This document shows, piece after piece, positions 27,401 to 39,000 of a stretch of 64,000 nucleotides of DNA; within the stretch, counting starts at the first letter, position 1; each line of letters starts with the position of its first letter. The notes beneath the pieces were generated by a model that was given only the letters and a program-made list of their open reading frames with translations, was not told the origin of the DNA and did no database searches. The translations under genes and the position numbers were made by a program. This DNA is from Utricularia gibba (lineage: Eukaryota > Plantae > Magnoliophyta), in the NCBI GenBank assembly GCA_002189035.1, contig NEEC01000012.1:496001-560000 (forward strand), read 5' to 3'.

Positions 27401-29220
27401 AAAGCTGTTGTTCAATTGTCGCTTGGCAGAAGGAAGTTCTGCTGCTGATCATGCGACATTGATGTTGAGTTACATTGAGAAGTTCTCCACTCTTGGTTTT
27501 GCGTTGGATAAGGACTTGAGTATTGACTTAATGCTTACCTCACTACCTGATAGCTACTCACAGTTTGTGATGAACAATCAGATGAACAAGATGGATCAAA
27601 CTGTTCTTGAATTGATTCAGTTACTCAAGTCTGTTGAGACAACTATCACAAAGGAGCAAAAGAATGTCATGCTTGTCTCTTCAAGGAAAAAGGTTTCCAA
27701 GAAGAAGAGTCAAGACAAGAAACTCAAAGCTAAAAGTGAGATCAAGAAGAAGAAGCCTGTTGAAAAACCGGCTAAGGGTGAATGCTTTCATTGTGGGAAA
27801 TTTGGTCATTGGAAGAGAAACTGCAAAACCTATCTAGAGTCAATCAAGGGCAAGAAGCAGAATGAGAATTCAGCTTCAGGTATACACATGATCGAGATTA
27901 ACACTACTATCAAGAATGCTTCTTAGGTGTTAGATTCTGGTTGTGGTGCTCACATTTGCACTAACACGCAGGACCTAATGAGTAGTAGAATCTTGAAAAA
28001 AGGCGATGTTGACCTAAGAGTTGGGAATGGTGCACGAGTTGCTGCCATGGCAGTTGGGACTTGCCACATTGCCCTACCTTCTGGATTATCTCTTGAATTA
28101 GATTCTGTTTATTGTGTTCCCTCATTGACTGAGAACATCGTCTCTATTTCTTGTTTGGACAAGATTGGTTTCGAGTTTTCTATAAAGAACGATTGTTGTT
28201 CCATACGTCAAGGGAATGTGCATTATGGTACTGCTACGATAGTAAACGGAATATATGTTTTGGATCAGCATGATTCGGAACAGATTAACATGTGCATAAA
28301 AAGGCCAAGGATTGACAATGTCTTGAATTCTTACCTCTAGCATTGTTGTTTAGGCCATATAAACAAGAAGCGTGTTGAGTACTTGTATCGATTGGGATAT
28401 TTGGACTCAGAAGATTTTGAATCTTATGAAACATGCGAATCTTGTTTATTGAGCAAAATGACAAAGCAACCTTTTCTAGGAAAAGGAGCAAGAGCTGAAA
28501 ACTTATTGGATTTAATACATTCTTATGTATGTGGTCCAATGAGCATCACTGCTAGAGGGGTTTCTCGTATTTCATCACTTTTATAGATGACCATTCAAGA
28601 TATAGATGCATCTACTTGATGAAACGAAAATCTGAAGCCTTTGAAAAGTTCAAAGAGTTTCGGATGGAGGTTGAGAACCAGCTTGAGCGTTCTATCAAGA
28701 AACTTCAATCAGATCGTGGTGGGGAATACTTGAGTAATGAATTCAAGAATCATCTGAAGGACAATGGTATTGTCTCAAAAAGAACTCCTCCTAATACACC
28801 TGAGCACAATGGTGTTTCTGAGAGGAGAAATCGAACTTTGCTTGACATGGTTCGATCCATGATGAGTTTTGCAGAACTACCAAAGTCCATGTGGGGATAT
28901 GCTTTAGAGGCAGCGGCTCATGTTTTGAACAAAGCCCCATCGAAATCGGTTGAAACTACTCCTTATGAGATTTGGACTGGCAGAAAACCGAGTTTCTCCT
29001 ATCTCAAAGCTTGGGGATGCTGCTTATGTAAGAAGGTTGAAGTCAGATAAGTTGGAAAACAAATCTGACAAGTGTCTCTTTCTAGGATATTCACAAGAAA
29101 CTATGCGATACTACTTCTATAATCCTCAAGAGGAAAAGGTTTTCATCTCGAGGAATGCTGTCTTTTTGGAGAAAGAGTTTCTCCTCAAAGAAGCAAGTGG
29201 GAGTCGTTTTGAACTTGAGG
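24447..29220 (+). mobile_element. Angela-type Ty1/copia element 1 (5' LTR, PBS, gag, protease, integrase), truncated before RT
   Basis: LTR 24447-25957 (TGTTGG...CCCAACA). tRNA-iMet PBS TGGTATCAGAGC at 25959-25970. Gag from 27063 (LRSILESNKLVGSNFTNWHRNLRIVLK; CFHCGKFGHWKRNC); protease VLDSGCGAH; integrase LQSDRGGEY and HNGVSERRNRTLLDMVRSM. Stops and frameshifts present. Confidence 0.95.
25995..26163 (+). repeat. Three tandem 57-bp repeats in the copia 5' leader
   Basis: Unit TTAGAATCTTTGCTGATTTCACGAGATGTTCTCGTATGTTGCCTTGCTGGTGACACA starts at 25995, 26052 and 26109. Confidence 0.92.
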
Positions 29221-29312
29221 GGAAAACAAGAATTCGGGTAGGCCTAAATCTTTTGTGTTAGTTGTTTGATTTATGGTTGGTGTGAGCTTGTGTAGTGATA
29301 AGCATACATCCA
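29221..29312 (+). mobile_element. Family A LTR fragment (left of the Athila insertion)
   Basis: AAAACAAGAATTCGGGTAGGCCTAAATCTT...GTGAGCTTGTGTAGTGATA..ATACATCC matches ~6050-6139 of the solo LTR. Confidence 0.85.
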
Positions 29313-31399
29313 TGTTGCGTGTCGTTTCCTCAACAAATTTTAAATATTTATAAAACGTAAAACACAAAGGGCGTTGTATGAGTGTTGATCTCAGGGAGTT
29401 ATTTTTCGTGAAAAGTGTTTGTAAGAAACTTCTACAAAATGTCACGGTTTTATAAAAGAGGGTTTGTGAAATGCAGAAATAAACAACCTAAGTGATGGGC
29501 CTTGACTACGGGACGCAGTTCTTGGGAATAAGATTCCATCTCCTTCCTTTGTCTATCCTCGCCTTGGTTTTCACTGATTTCTTCTGAATAGCTGGTTATA
29601 GGAGCAAGGAATAGCCTACTCTCCCTTACACTCTGATTGACAAGGAGGCAGGGGAATAGCCTCATGTGATTCCCCCTTGGACAATTAGGAAGACAAGAGG
29701 ATTGCCTTCATAACCGAATTGCGTGCGTGTGCCCAACTATTGCTAATGGCCAGTGGCAGGTCCGAGGTCACAACCTGTCCATTGTCACGGTACCTAGACC
29801 ACAAACAATCCGCTACTTCCCTCGAACCGGTAAGGTTGGAGTTGGTACTCTTCACCTTGATCTTCACCAAAATCTGCGAGGAGTGGCCTGCTACTCATGG
29901 ACCTTGACTAGGAGTCATTACAGAAAGACTGCAACAATACGCATTGAAGTATGCAGAATCCGAATTGAATTCAGCGAAGAACCGAGTGTATTGCTCAAGA
30001 CTTGGAAGGAAACTTCATATACTTCCCAGAAATTAAAAGGGTTTTAGCTACAAAGGGTCATGAAAACAGAAACGAAGATTCAAAAGTTCTAAGTCTAGAA
30101 ACAAAGATTCAAAAATTAAGTGCTCCAAGTGGCTTTTATATCACTCGACATGTGCATTAACTCCTTTGGGTCCTCTTCTCATCATTCCTTATGTCTTGCG
30201 TGCACTAGCAGCTTCCCTTTGCAAGCAAGTTAGCGGCCAATCATTGCTACAGACTCTGACATGCAAGGGCCTTGACCAGTGTCAGTCTTCCGCCCACAAT
30301 CGTTCCAAGTCACGTACAAGGTACGAAAAGTCAAACTCTGACCACCTGCAATACTCCTGCAACACTCACAACAGTCTCCTGACATGTCTCGGTCAAAGTG
30401 TGAGAAAAAAGACAAAAATATATACAAAATAGGAAAATATGAATTTTCTAATAAAAATCAAATACTTAATAATAAAACTCCTAATTTGGACGACTTAATA
30501 TTAGATGAACACCTAATAATACCTAATAAATAACTAGAAAATGACACTTAACATATTCTTCGACACTTAAATCATACTTGTCCTCAAGTATGAAAATCAT
30601 AGCAATCCACAAAAAAGGGTGGAACCTAAGTTATGATGCATTACTAAGGTACATTCATCCTACAGCAGGCATTGACTCCAATTCTTTTCCTATCCTTCAA
30701 TCAAATTAAGGTAAGCCACTCAAGTTTGCATTCATCAGAATAAGACTTAACCAATGACTACTTATACACTAACATCATCAAGGTAAAAACATCAAGAGAA
30801 CATACACTATAGTGACTCAAGACCTTTTTCTCTCTTTTTTTTCTTTTTTTTTTCAGATAGAGGTCCCCGCTTTAGGGAAGAATATTTGGATTACGAGACC
30901 TTATGTGTGGTGTTAACCATGGTTTCGCAAAACATTCTTACCTTTGGCACCCTAATTTTTTTTTTCATATTTTTTTTTCGGTCTCGGTCTGGTCACTATA
31001 GGAGCAGCAAAAATTTATTCACCAAACATAATATATACAAGGACTGAAAATGTAATCATAGCCACGGTATAATCTTTCCTAAAACATGCAACAAAAGCTT
31101 GATATCTAGAAAGAAAAATAATTGAAGTATTTTCCTAGCAGCAAGGAACTCATGAACCTAAGCATGATCAATCCAAAAAATTCTAGCCTTATTCATGGAA
31201 GCAAATGTACTTGAGGAGCATAGTGGGGATTTTTCACAAACAAAAACAAAGGGAAAACAAAACATGAAGCACGAAAAAAATCAAAACAGTTCAACACATA
31301 AGTCCTAATGCCCAGAAATTACTAGAAAATAAAAAGAAACGTAAACTCCTCCCCCACACTTAATTTTGAGGATGTCCTCATCATCAAGTGCAGCAGAGT

Positions 31400-32260
31400 T
31401 TACCTTTATTATGAGGCATGCTGGAGTGTGAAGCAGTAGCCATAAGAGTGTCCAGTTTCGTGGAAAGCGCAGAAACTTATTCCTGGAGACTCTAAATAGC
31501 TAGCAGCAGGGTATGTTTGGTGGGGCTTGAAGGTGCAGTGCTCAAAGGAACGTTTGTTGGTGCACCTTAGGGATTCACAATGGAGGAGGGCATGGAGGTG
31601 ATGATACTCTTCGTACCCGCTTGCACGAAAACATCCTTCCCCTCAACCTTCTTCAGGTAGTTTGAGGTGTTGGGCGAGCTTGGTGATGAGGGAAGCAAAG
31701 TGGAGCACCCTCTTATTCTTGGCGGTGATGGAGTGCATTTGAGTTGCAATCCACTATCCCAAATTGATGGGGAGCTTCTTCATCATCGCCCACAGAAAGA
31801 ACACGATCACCTTGGCAATGATGTTGATGCCTTGTCGGGTTGCCCTGTAACAACCTCCCAAATATCTGTTCAACACTAAAAGAGCAGGGGCCCTCAACAG
31901 AATATGGGGGCTCATAGACAGACATGGATGCATAGGCATTCAACACATTGAAATGTTCAGGATAATCACAAAATTCTTGAAGGTAATGTGTAGTGGCTAA
32001 ATTAGATAAAATTCAAAAACAAGTTTGGGATAAACCAACAAGCTAATTTCAGAAAATTTACACCACTCAGGGGAAGCATCAAATAAACGGTTGATATCAG
32101 CAAGTAAGTTCATATGCATAAAAGTAGGCGTATACAATTTAAAATCAAACAAAATTCGGCGAGAAGTGAGGAGATTAAATAAAAGTTGGGCATTCTCATC
32201 TGAAAACCTCACGGTATTTTTCAGTTGAGTCCATGCAGGGGACTCCAGTGCGGTTAAAGG
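31400..32260 (-). pseudogene. Athila extra (env-like/ORF3-type) ORF downstream of pol, degenerate
   Basis: Fragments RFSDENAQLLFNLLTSRRILFD...YPKLVFEFY and VFFLWAMMKKLPINLG*WIATQM....LHFASLITKLAQHL, lying between the integrase end and a second GAGGAC...AAGTGTGGGGG motif at ~31350-31380. Confidence 0.7.
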
Positions 32261-32590
32261 AGTAAGTGGTGGCGTGGGGTAGGTGAAAGTAAAGGTACTT
32301 GGAGTAGTGGGTGATAAAAACGAGGAAAGAGTATCGGTTTAGAAATTAAAGTCATGGGTTGCCTCCCATGTAGCGCCAATTTACAGTCTTTGGCCGACTG
32401 TGACACCTGTTAATGGCCCTCGACTAGCAGTAAGCTGCACACACTTTGCGGCTTAAATTTCTCATAAAATGGCTACAGTTGATGTCCATTGACTTTAATG
32501 TTTTTCCCTGTCTCAAATGAACGAATAATAACAGCACCATAGGGAAAAACATTCACAACTTCATAAGGTCCAAGCCACGTAGAACGCAAT

Positions 32591-35500
32591 TGATGCATAT
32601 CATTCACATATTCTCCTTTGAATGATAGCTGAAATGTTTTCGGTGAAAGGGATCACTTCTTGTTCCGCCTTTGCTTTCTTCTTTGGGTCACATAGGTCCT
32701 TTAGCAACTTGGCATACTTGGGGACCTGTTCAATCATATCGAGAAGAGGAATAGAAACATTAACCTTTTTCATCATTTCCATAAAAGTTTTCAATCATTT
32801 ATTGTCCTTGTTCCTTCTTCGAAGCCTCATCGGGAAGGGTGGTGGTATGACCAATGGCTTGGTCTGAGGAATTTCACTTGCCTCCTTCTCCTTAACATCT
32901 TCGGGTGGCTTCGGGACATCATTGCTCTGCACTGGTGAGTCATCTTGATTCTCACCAATGATTTCTTCATCAACATCAGAATCACTGTCTATGACCTCCA
33001 TCTCCTTTTCTTCGGACCTATCTACCTTGTTTGTGAACCATGGGTAAGGGTTTGGTAGGTCCATTCGACTTCTTAGCGAGATGGCATTGATGTGTTCTGG
33101 ATTCTGCACTGGTTGTGATGGCAATCCTCCTTTTTTTTCCAAACGGTTCATTGCTTGGGCAAGCTGAGTAATCTGGCCTTGTATACTTGTGATTTGGCCC
33201 TTCATATCCTTCTACTCAGCATGCATCTTGGAGGTGCTTTCAACAAGAGATTTGACCATGGCCTCTAAATTGTGATTCGGTTGGCACAGAACCATATGTT
33301 GTTCTGGAGGTCCAGTTATCTGCAATGGTTGAGGTGGTCCAGTGATAGTCTTCTGAGGAATACAAGGTGGGTTCCCTAATGACGGTGCTTGACCAGGGGG
33401 TGCTGTCTGTCTCCAACAAAAACCAGGATGATCTCTTCGAGGCATCTAATAGTTTCCATAGTTGTATGTCCCTCCTTGGTTCTAATAAAAGGTATTGACT
33501 TCTTCCACCGGCATTTCAAGAACTCTCAATACAGAGTCAAAGTGAGATGGCATAGACCAAACTTCTTCCTTGATATCATTCCCTTTGTTGAAGCAAGGCT
33601 TGAAGACCAAACTTCAACATATCGCTCATTGCTGCAAAGTTGAGCCAATACTTCTGAGTTGTTCACTCTATAGACCGCTTTCGCTGTTCTAATGTTTCCA
33701 CCAGATGGTCTATAGGAGTTTTCATAACGATTGGCTATGGAATAGGAATAAGCAGCCATTTGTTCAATGAGTCTCCGAGCATCAGCACTGTGACGGTTCG
33801 CTAATAATGATCCATTACAAGCGGCATCCATCTGTCCTTGGATCATAGGAGTCAATCCTTCATAGAAGTGCTGCAAGATTTGGCCTTCGGCGAGTCCATG
33901 TTGAGGGTAGGAGTTGCAAATTCGGTTGAAACGATCATAATACTCCTGCAAGTTTTCTCCTTCGCTCTACATCATGGTTGTTAAGGCTCTCCTTCTGGCA
34001 AAAGCTCTTCCTAGTGGTGCATACCGATCCAAAAACTTTTGAACCATCTGCTCCCATGTGGCAATAGATGAAGGGGGAAGTCCATAGAGCCACTCCAAAG
34101 CTCGTTCGATAAGACTGAAAGGAAATACTCTAAGCTTGACTTGATTCTCCGTGGCTCCCTTGGGGCGTATGGATGCACAAGCCATGTGCAACTCACATAG
34201 ATGACGTTTAAAGTTGTCATTTTCCCTTCCAGCAAACTTTGGAAGCGTCTAGAATAAGTAAGGACGTAGCTCATAGTCTTCTTCTCCATCGAAAATGATG
34301 CATAAGGGACGGTCTGAATGATTCGCAGTGATTTCTTCCTTGATGGTCCGTAGTGCTGGTCCACGGTTAGCGGGAAGTAATACTAGAAAATTTCCATGAG
34401 GTTGTTCTCCTTGAGGCTCAGGCACTACTGGTACTCCAACGGGCACATGTGCTGCCATGATGTCTCCAGTGGTTGAACAGGACGTCTACTCTCTCTTTTT
34501 GGCAAGAAAGTTTCGTTCCACCTCTTGATCCAAAGGATATAGAACTTCTCGGTAAGATCTCAAGCTTGGACGAGCCCTTGGTGGACCTGGCTGCATAAAA
34601 AGAGAAAAACAGAGCAGAAACAGAAACATGGAAAAGAAACAACAAGGAAAAGGAAGAAAAAAAAGAAAAGAAAAAGAAAAGAAACCTAAAAAAAAGGAAA
34701 AACGAAATTCACACACACAACACCAAACACAAAAAAATTCAACTCCCGGCAACGGCACCAAAAATTTGATGCGTGTCGTTTCCACAGCAAATGTTAATAC
34801 TTTTAAAACTAGTAACACAAAAGTATAGTACGAGTGTCGAACACAGGGAGTTGTTTTTGAGTGAAAAGGTGAGGTACCCCGAATACAATTGTCACGATTT
34901 GTAAACGGTTTTGAAAGTAAAAGATGCGAGAAACGTTGATGATGAAGCTTGAGTAAAGGAATAAGAGAGGTTTTGAGCAAACAACTAAAATAAACGTAAG
35001 CGATGAACCTTAAATAAAGTAAATGTTCCTGGATTTGGAATCCTGTCCAGTTATGTTCGTTGTGTCTTTACTCTTCTCTGGTCTTCTCGAGTACTCGGTT
35101 ATAGGAGTAAGTAATTGCCTACCCTCCCTTACACTCTCTTGCAAGAAGGCACGGGAATAGCCCGATGTTGCTCCTCCTTGTACGAACGTGAGAATAAGAG
35201 GTCTTGCCAATGTACCCTCACAGCCGAATTGCGCGCGTGTGCCCGAGTGTTGCCAATAACCCAATGAGTCCAGATACGAGGTCACTACCTGTCCATTGAT
35301 CCTGAGGTACGGCCACACACAAAACGTTGTCTTCCTCCTGCCAAAAGGGCTCGAGTTGGTGGTTTCCACCTTGCTCCTCTCGAAAATCCGCGGGTAGTGA
35401 TAAGCTAACCATGAAACTTGAATAAGGGGATTGTTACAGAAAGACTGCAACATAGTCGCGGGAAGACATACGAAACCCGTTCGGATTCAAAGAAGAGATG

Positions 35501-36068
35501 AAGATAAGCTAACGAAACATAGATTTGGGGGTGTTCCAACCCAGAAACGGAAGTTTCTAGCCGCGAATGGCCATACAAACTAAAGAAAACGAAACAAGGT
35601 TCTAGAGAGAAGTTAGAGGAAAATTCCTTTAGAGAGAAAACAAAAGGGAAAACTAAACTAACTACTACTACTATCGTCTGAATAGAACTCCACTTCAATG
35701 AGAGTCTGAGATTTCGTGTCCTCTTGATTCTGCTGAACTTGGGATGACTTGTAAGCAACGTCTGAAACTGGTACGCTAATAATGTTGTCAGAGACTCCCG
35801 TCTTTTGGAAATCAAGGAAATGTCAGTTCGGGAAGATCCAATTTGTCACCATCTGATGCCCTCTTTCTCTCACTTCCTGTCACGTGTGCGCCTCTTGAAA
35901 AACTTTATTAAAACTAGCAAAATTAATATATAAAATATAAGATTTAGGATAATTACCCTAAACTAGATAAAAACCTAAATCTCATATTATAGACTCCTAA
36001 TTGGACATTTCTAATAAAAATTAAGCATAAAAACAACCTAAGAAATAGTGAGAAAATGACACTTAACA
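32591..36068 (-). mobile_element. Second Athila-type element B2 (full 5' LTR, PBS, gag; pol and most of the 3' LTR deleted) nested in B1 integrase, TSD GCAAT
   Basis: LTR 34767-36068. PBS TGGTGCCGTTGCCGGGA at 34744-34760. Gag homologous to B1 gag. GCAAT at 32586-32590 and 36069-36073. Confidence 0.92.
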
Positions 36069-39000
36069 GCAATTTACCGGGAAAGAGTTTTAAGGTAATA
36101 TCAAACAAGAGAACTTTTTTACCTACTAAAAATTGCTTCCCATGCAACTTACCATCATGGAAGCGTTTTACCTTTTCCTTGTGCAGGAGCTGGTTAGTAT
36201 AGGTATTGAGGCGAATTTCCTCCAACTCATTTAGATCTAAAAGTCTGCTCTCCCCATCTTGATCACTAGTTAGGTTGCATGAGTTGACGGCCCAATATGC
36301 CCTGTGATGTAATTCAAAGGGAAGGTGACATGTCTTACCATAGATCATTCGGTATGGAGACATTCTTATAGGATTCTTGTAAGCTGTACAGTATGCCTAT
36401 AGTGCATCATTGAGCCTTGAGCTCCAATCTCACCTATTTGGGTTAAAGGTACACTCCAAGATCCTTTTCACCTCTCTATTTGATACTTCCGCCATGTTAT
36501 TTTTTTGAGGATGTCTAGTTGTGGACAAGCGGTGGTTGATTCCATATTTAGCCAATGCACTCTTGATGGCATAATTCACAAAATGGGTGCCACGATCTGA
36601 AATTATAATCTTGGGATGTCCAAACCTAGGAAATAAAATGTTAGTCAAGAAACTACCCACGGTTTTGGCATCATCCCTTTCACAAGCAATGGCCTTCACC
36701 CCTTTAGAAACATAATCTACAGGAAGAAGGATGTAGAGCTTCCCTTGAGAAGGGGGAAATGGTCCCATGAAGTCAATGCCCCATGCATCAAAGATCTCGC
36801 ACATGATAATGGGTTGAAGAGGCATTTGATCCTTGTATCCCAAGTTTCCTCCTCTTTGACAATTTGTGCACGCCTTGCAATGAAGGTAGGCATCCTTGAA
36901 TATGGTAGGCCAATAAAATCCAGCCTCCAGGACCTTCTTTGCAGTAGCTTTTGCACCAAAGTGTGGACCACAAGGTAGCTCATGACAATGTGAAAGAATA
37001 GAGTGCATTCACCTTGTGGGATGCATCTCCTAATGATCTGATCACCTCCAATTTTCAAGAGATATGGATCATCCCAGATGAAATTCAGGCTATCACTCCT
37101 CAATTTCTCCTTCTACTAGTGTTGGAAATCTGCAGGAAATTGTCTAGTCACTAAAAAATTCACGATATCAGCGTACCAGGGACTCTCATCATGGATCATG
37201 AATAGGTGTTCGTCTAGGAAGCTGTCATTGATAAGACTTGATTTTTCTCCAGAAGTGATGCGGCTAAGATGGTTTGCAACTAAATTCTCGCATCCTTTCT
37301 TGTCCTTGATCTCCAAGTCGAATTCTTGAAGCAACAAAATCCATCTAATGAGTCTAGGCTTCGAATCCTTCTTGGTGAGGAGGTATCTCAATGCAGTATG
37401 TTCCGAATAGACTATGACTTTGGCTCCTAACAAATAAGATCGAAATTTCTCCGGGGCAAACACAATGGCCAGCAGCTCTTTTTCTGTAGTGGTATAGCTC
37501 TTTTGGGCATCATCGAGGCACTTGAACGCATTGTGGATAACATTGGTAGTTTATAGCTCCTTTTCTTGCACTGTGGTAGGCAGAAGTTCCCCTTGGTCAT
37601 TGGTCATGACTGTGATACCTGTTTTCTTCGGGATAACCTGCACAGGGCTAACCCACTCACTATCGGAAATAGGGTAGATTATACCTACAGCCAATAACTT
37701 CAGAATCTCTTTCTTGACCACTTCAATCATCGGTGGGTTCAATCTCCTCTGGGGTTGGCGAATTGGTTTTGTTCCCTCCTCCAAATATATGCGATGAGTA
37801 CATATGGAGGGGCTTATTCCTTTTATATCTACCAATGTCCACCCAATAGCCTGTTTGTGCTACTAGAGCACACTCCTGAGCTTTTCCTCATGTTCTAGGG
37901 TTAGTGTACTAGAGATAATAACAGGTAAAGTCTCATTTTCGCCCAAAAATAAATACTTCAAATGTTCAGGCAAAGTTTTTAACTCTTGTAATGGGGCATG
38001 AATAACAGAGGGAATTAGTAGTTTCTCAGGCATTTCTAAACTCAGAAAAGCAACGTCAGAAAATTCAGGTTTTTCAGGAAAATAATCAAGATAACTTAAA
38101 AGTTCAAAATTAGGAAAAGAAATACTATCAAAATCAAAGTTTTCAGTAAGGCATTTCAGGGAGGGATCTTGCTCATGGATCATCGCTAAGTGTTCTACAT
38201 CTGCGTCAGATGTAGATATTGAGCAAATCTCGTTAATTTGATCCGGATATTGCATGGCTTTGTCCAGGCTGAAGTCCAGCACCTGTCCATCAAACTATAG
38301 GGAAATTGTGCCGGCTTGGACATCAATTTTGGTGCCTGCAATAGCCATAAATGGCCATCCCAAAATGATGGACTCCAAAATCATGGAATTTTCACTCTCT
38401 ATGGGAATAACTAAAAAGTCAGAAGGAAAAATCAAATCCTTGACATGTACAAACACATCATCAACTCTACCATCAGGCTTCACATGTGATCTATCAGCTA
38501 ATTGACAAACAACACTAGTAGGTTCAAGTTTACCTAGCTTAGATGCAAGAGAAAGATAAAGGGATATGGGCATAACATTAACCGATGCTCCTAAATCACA
38601 CATGGCAACTGAAATTTTGGTCTCACCAATTGTAATAGGTATGGAAAATATACCTGGATCATTACATTTTCGTGGAAGCTTTCTTTGAATAATTGCTGAA
38701 ATATTTTCAGTCAAGGGTTTACTTCTTCCACTTTTTCCTTCTTCTTGGGGTCGCACAAATCCTTCAACATTTTTGCATATTTCGGCACTTGATCTATCAT
38801 GTCTAGCAAGGGAATATTCACGTTCACTTTCTTCATCACCTCCATGAATGCTTTCAGTCCACGTTTGTCCTTGCTCTTCCTTCGAAGTCTCATAGGAAAA
38901 GGAGGCGGAATGACTAGAGACTTGGGTTAATCAACTTCTTGTGTCTCCTTCTCCTTCACTTCTTCAGGTGGTGTCGGTACAGCTGTGTTATGGACTGGAG

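Noticed and set aside
27924-27926. In-frame TAG at the gag/protease boundary of copia 1, resembling a programmed read-through stop
   Set aside because: It replaces the conserved Trp of S-W-V-L-D-S-G (TGG>TAG). The same change occurs at 28338-28340 (YL*HC), so this is mutational decay.
34486-35815. Several 130-160 aa ORFs in the Athila B2 LTR/leader
   Set aside because: Low-complexity Phe/Lys-rich translations of LTR and poly-purine leader sequence with no domain signal.
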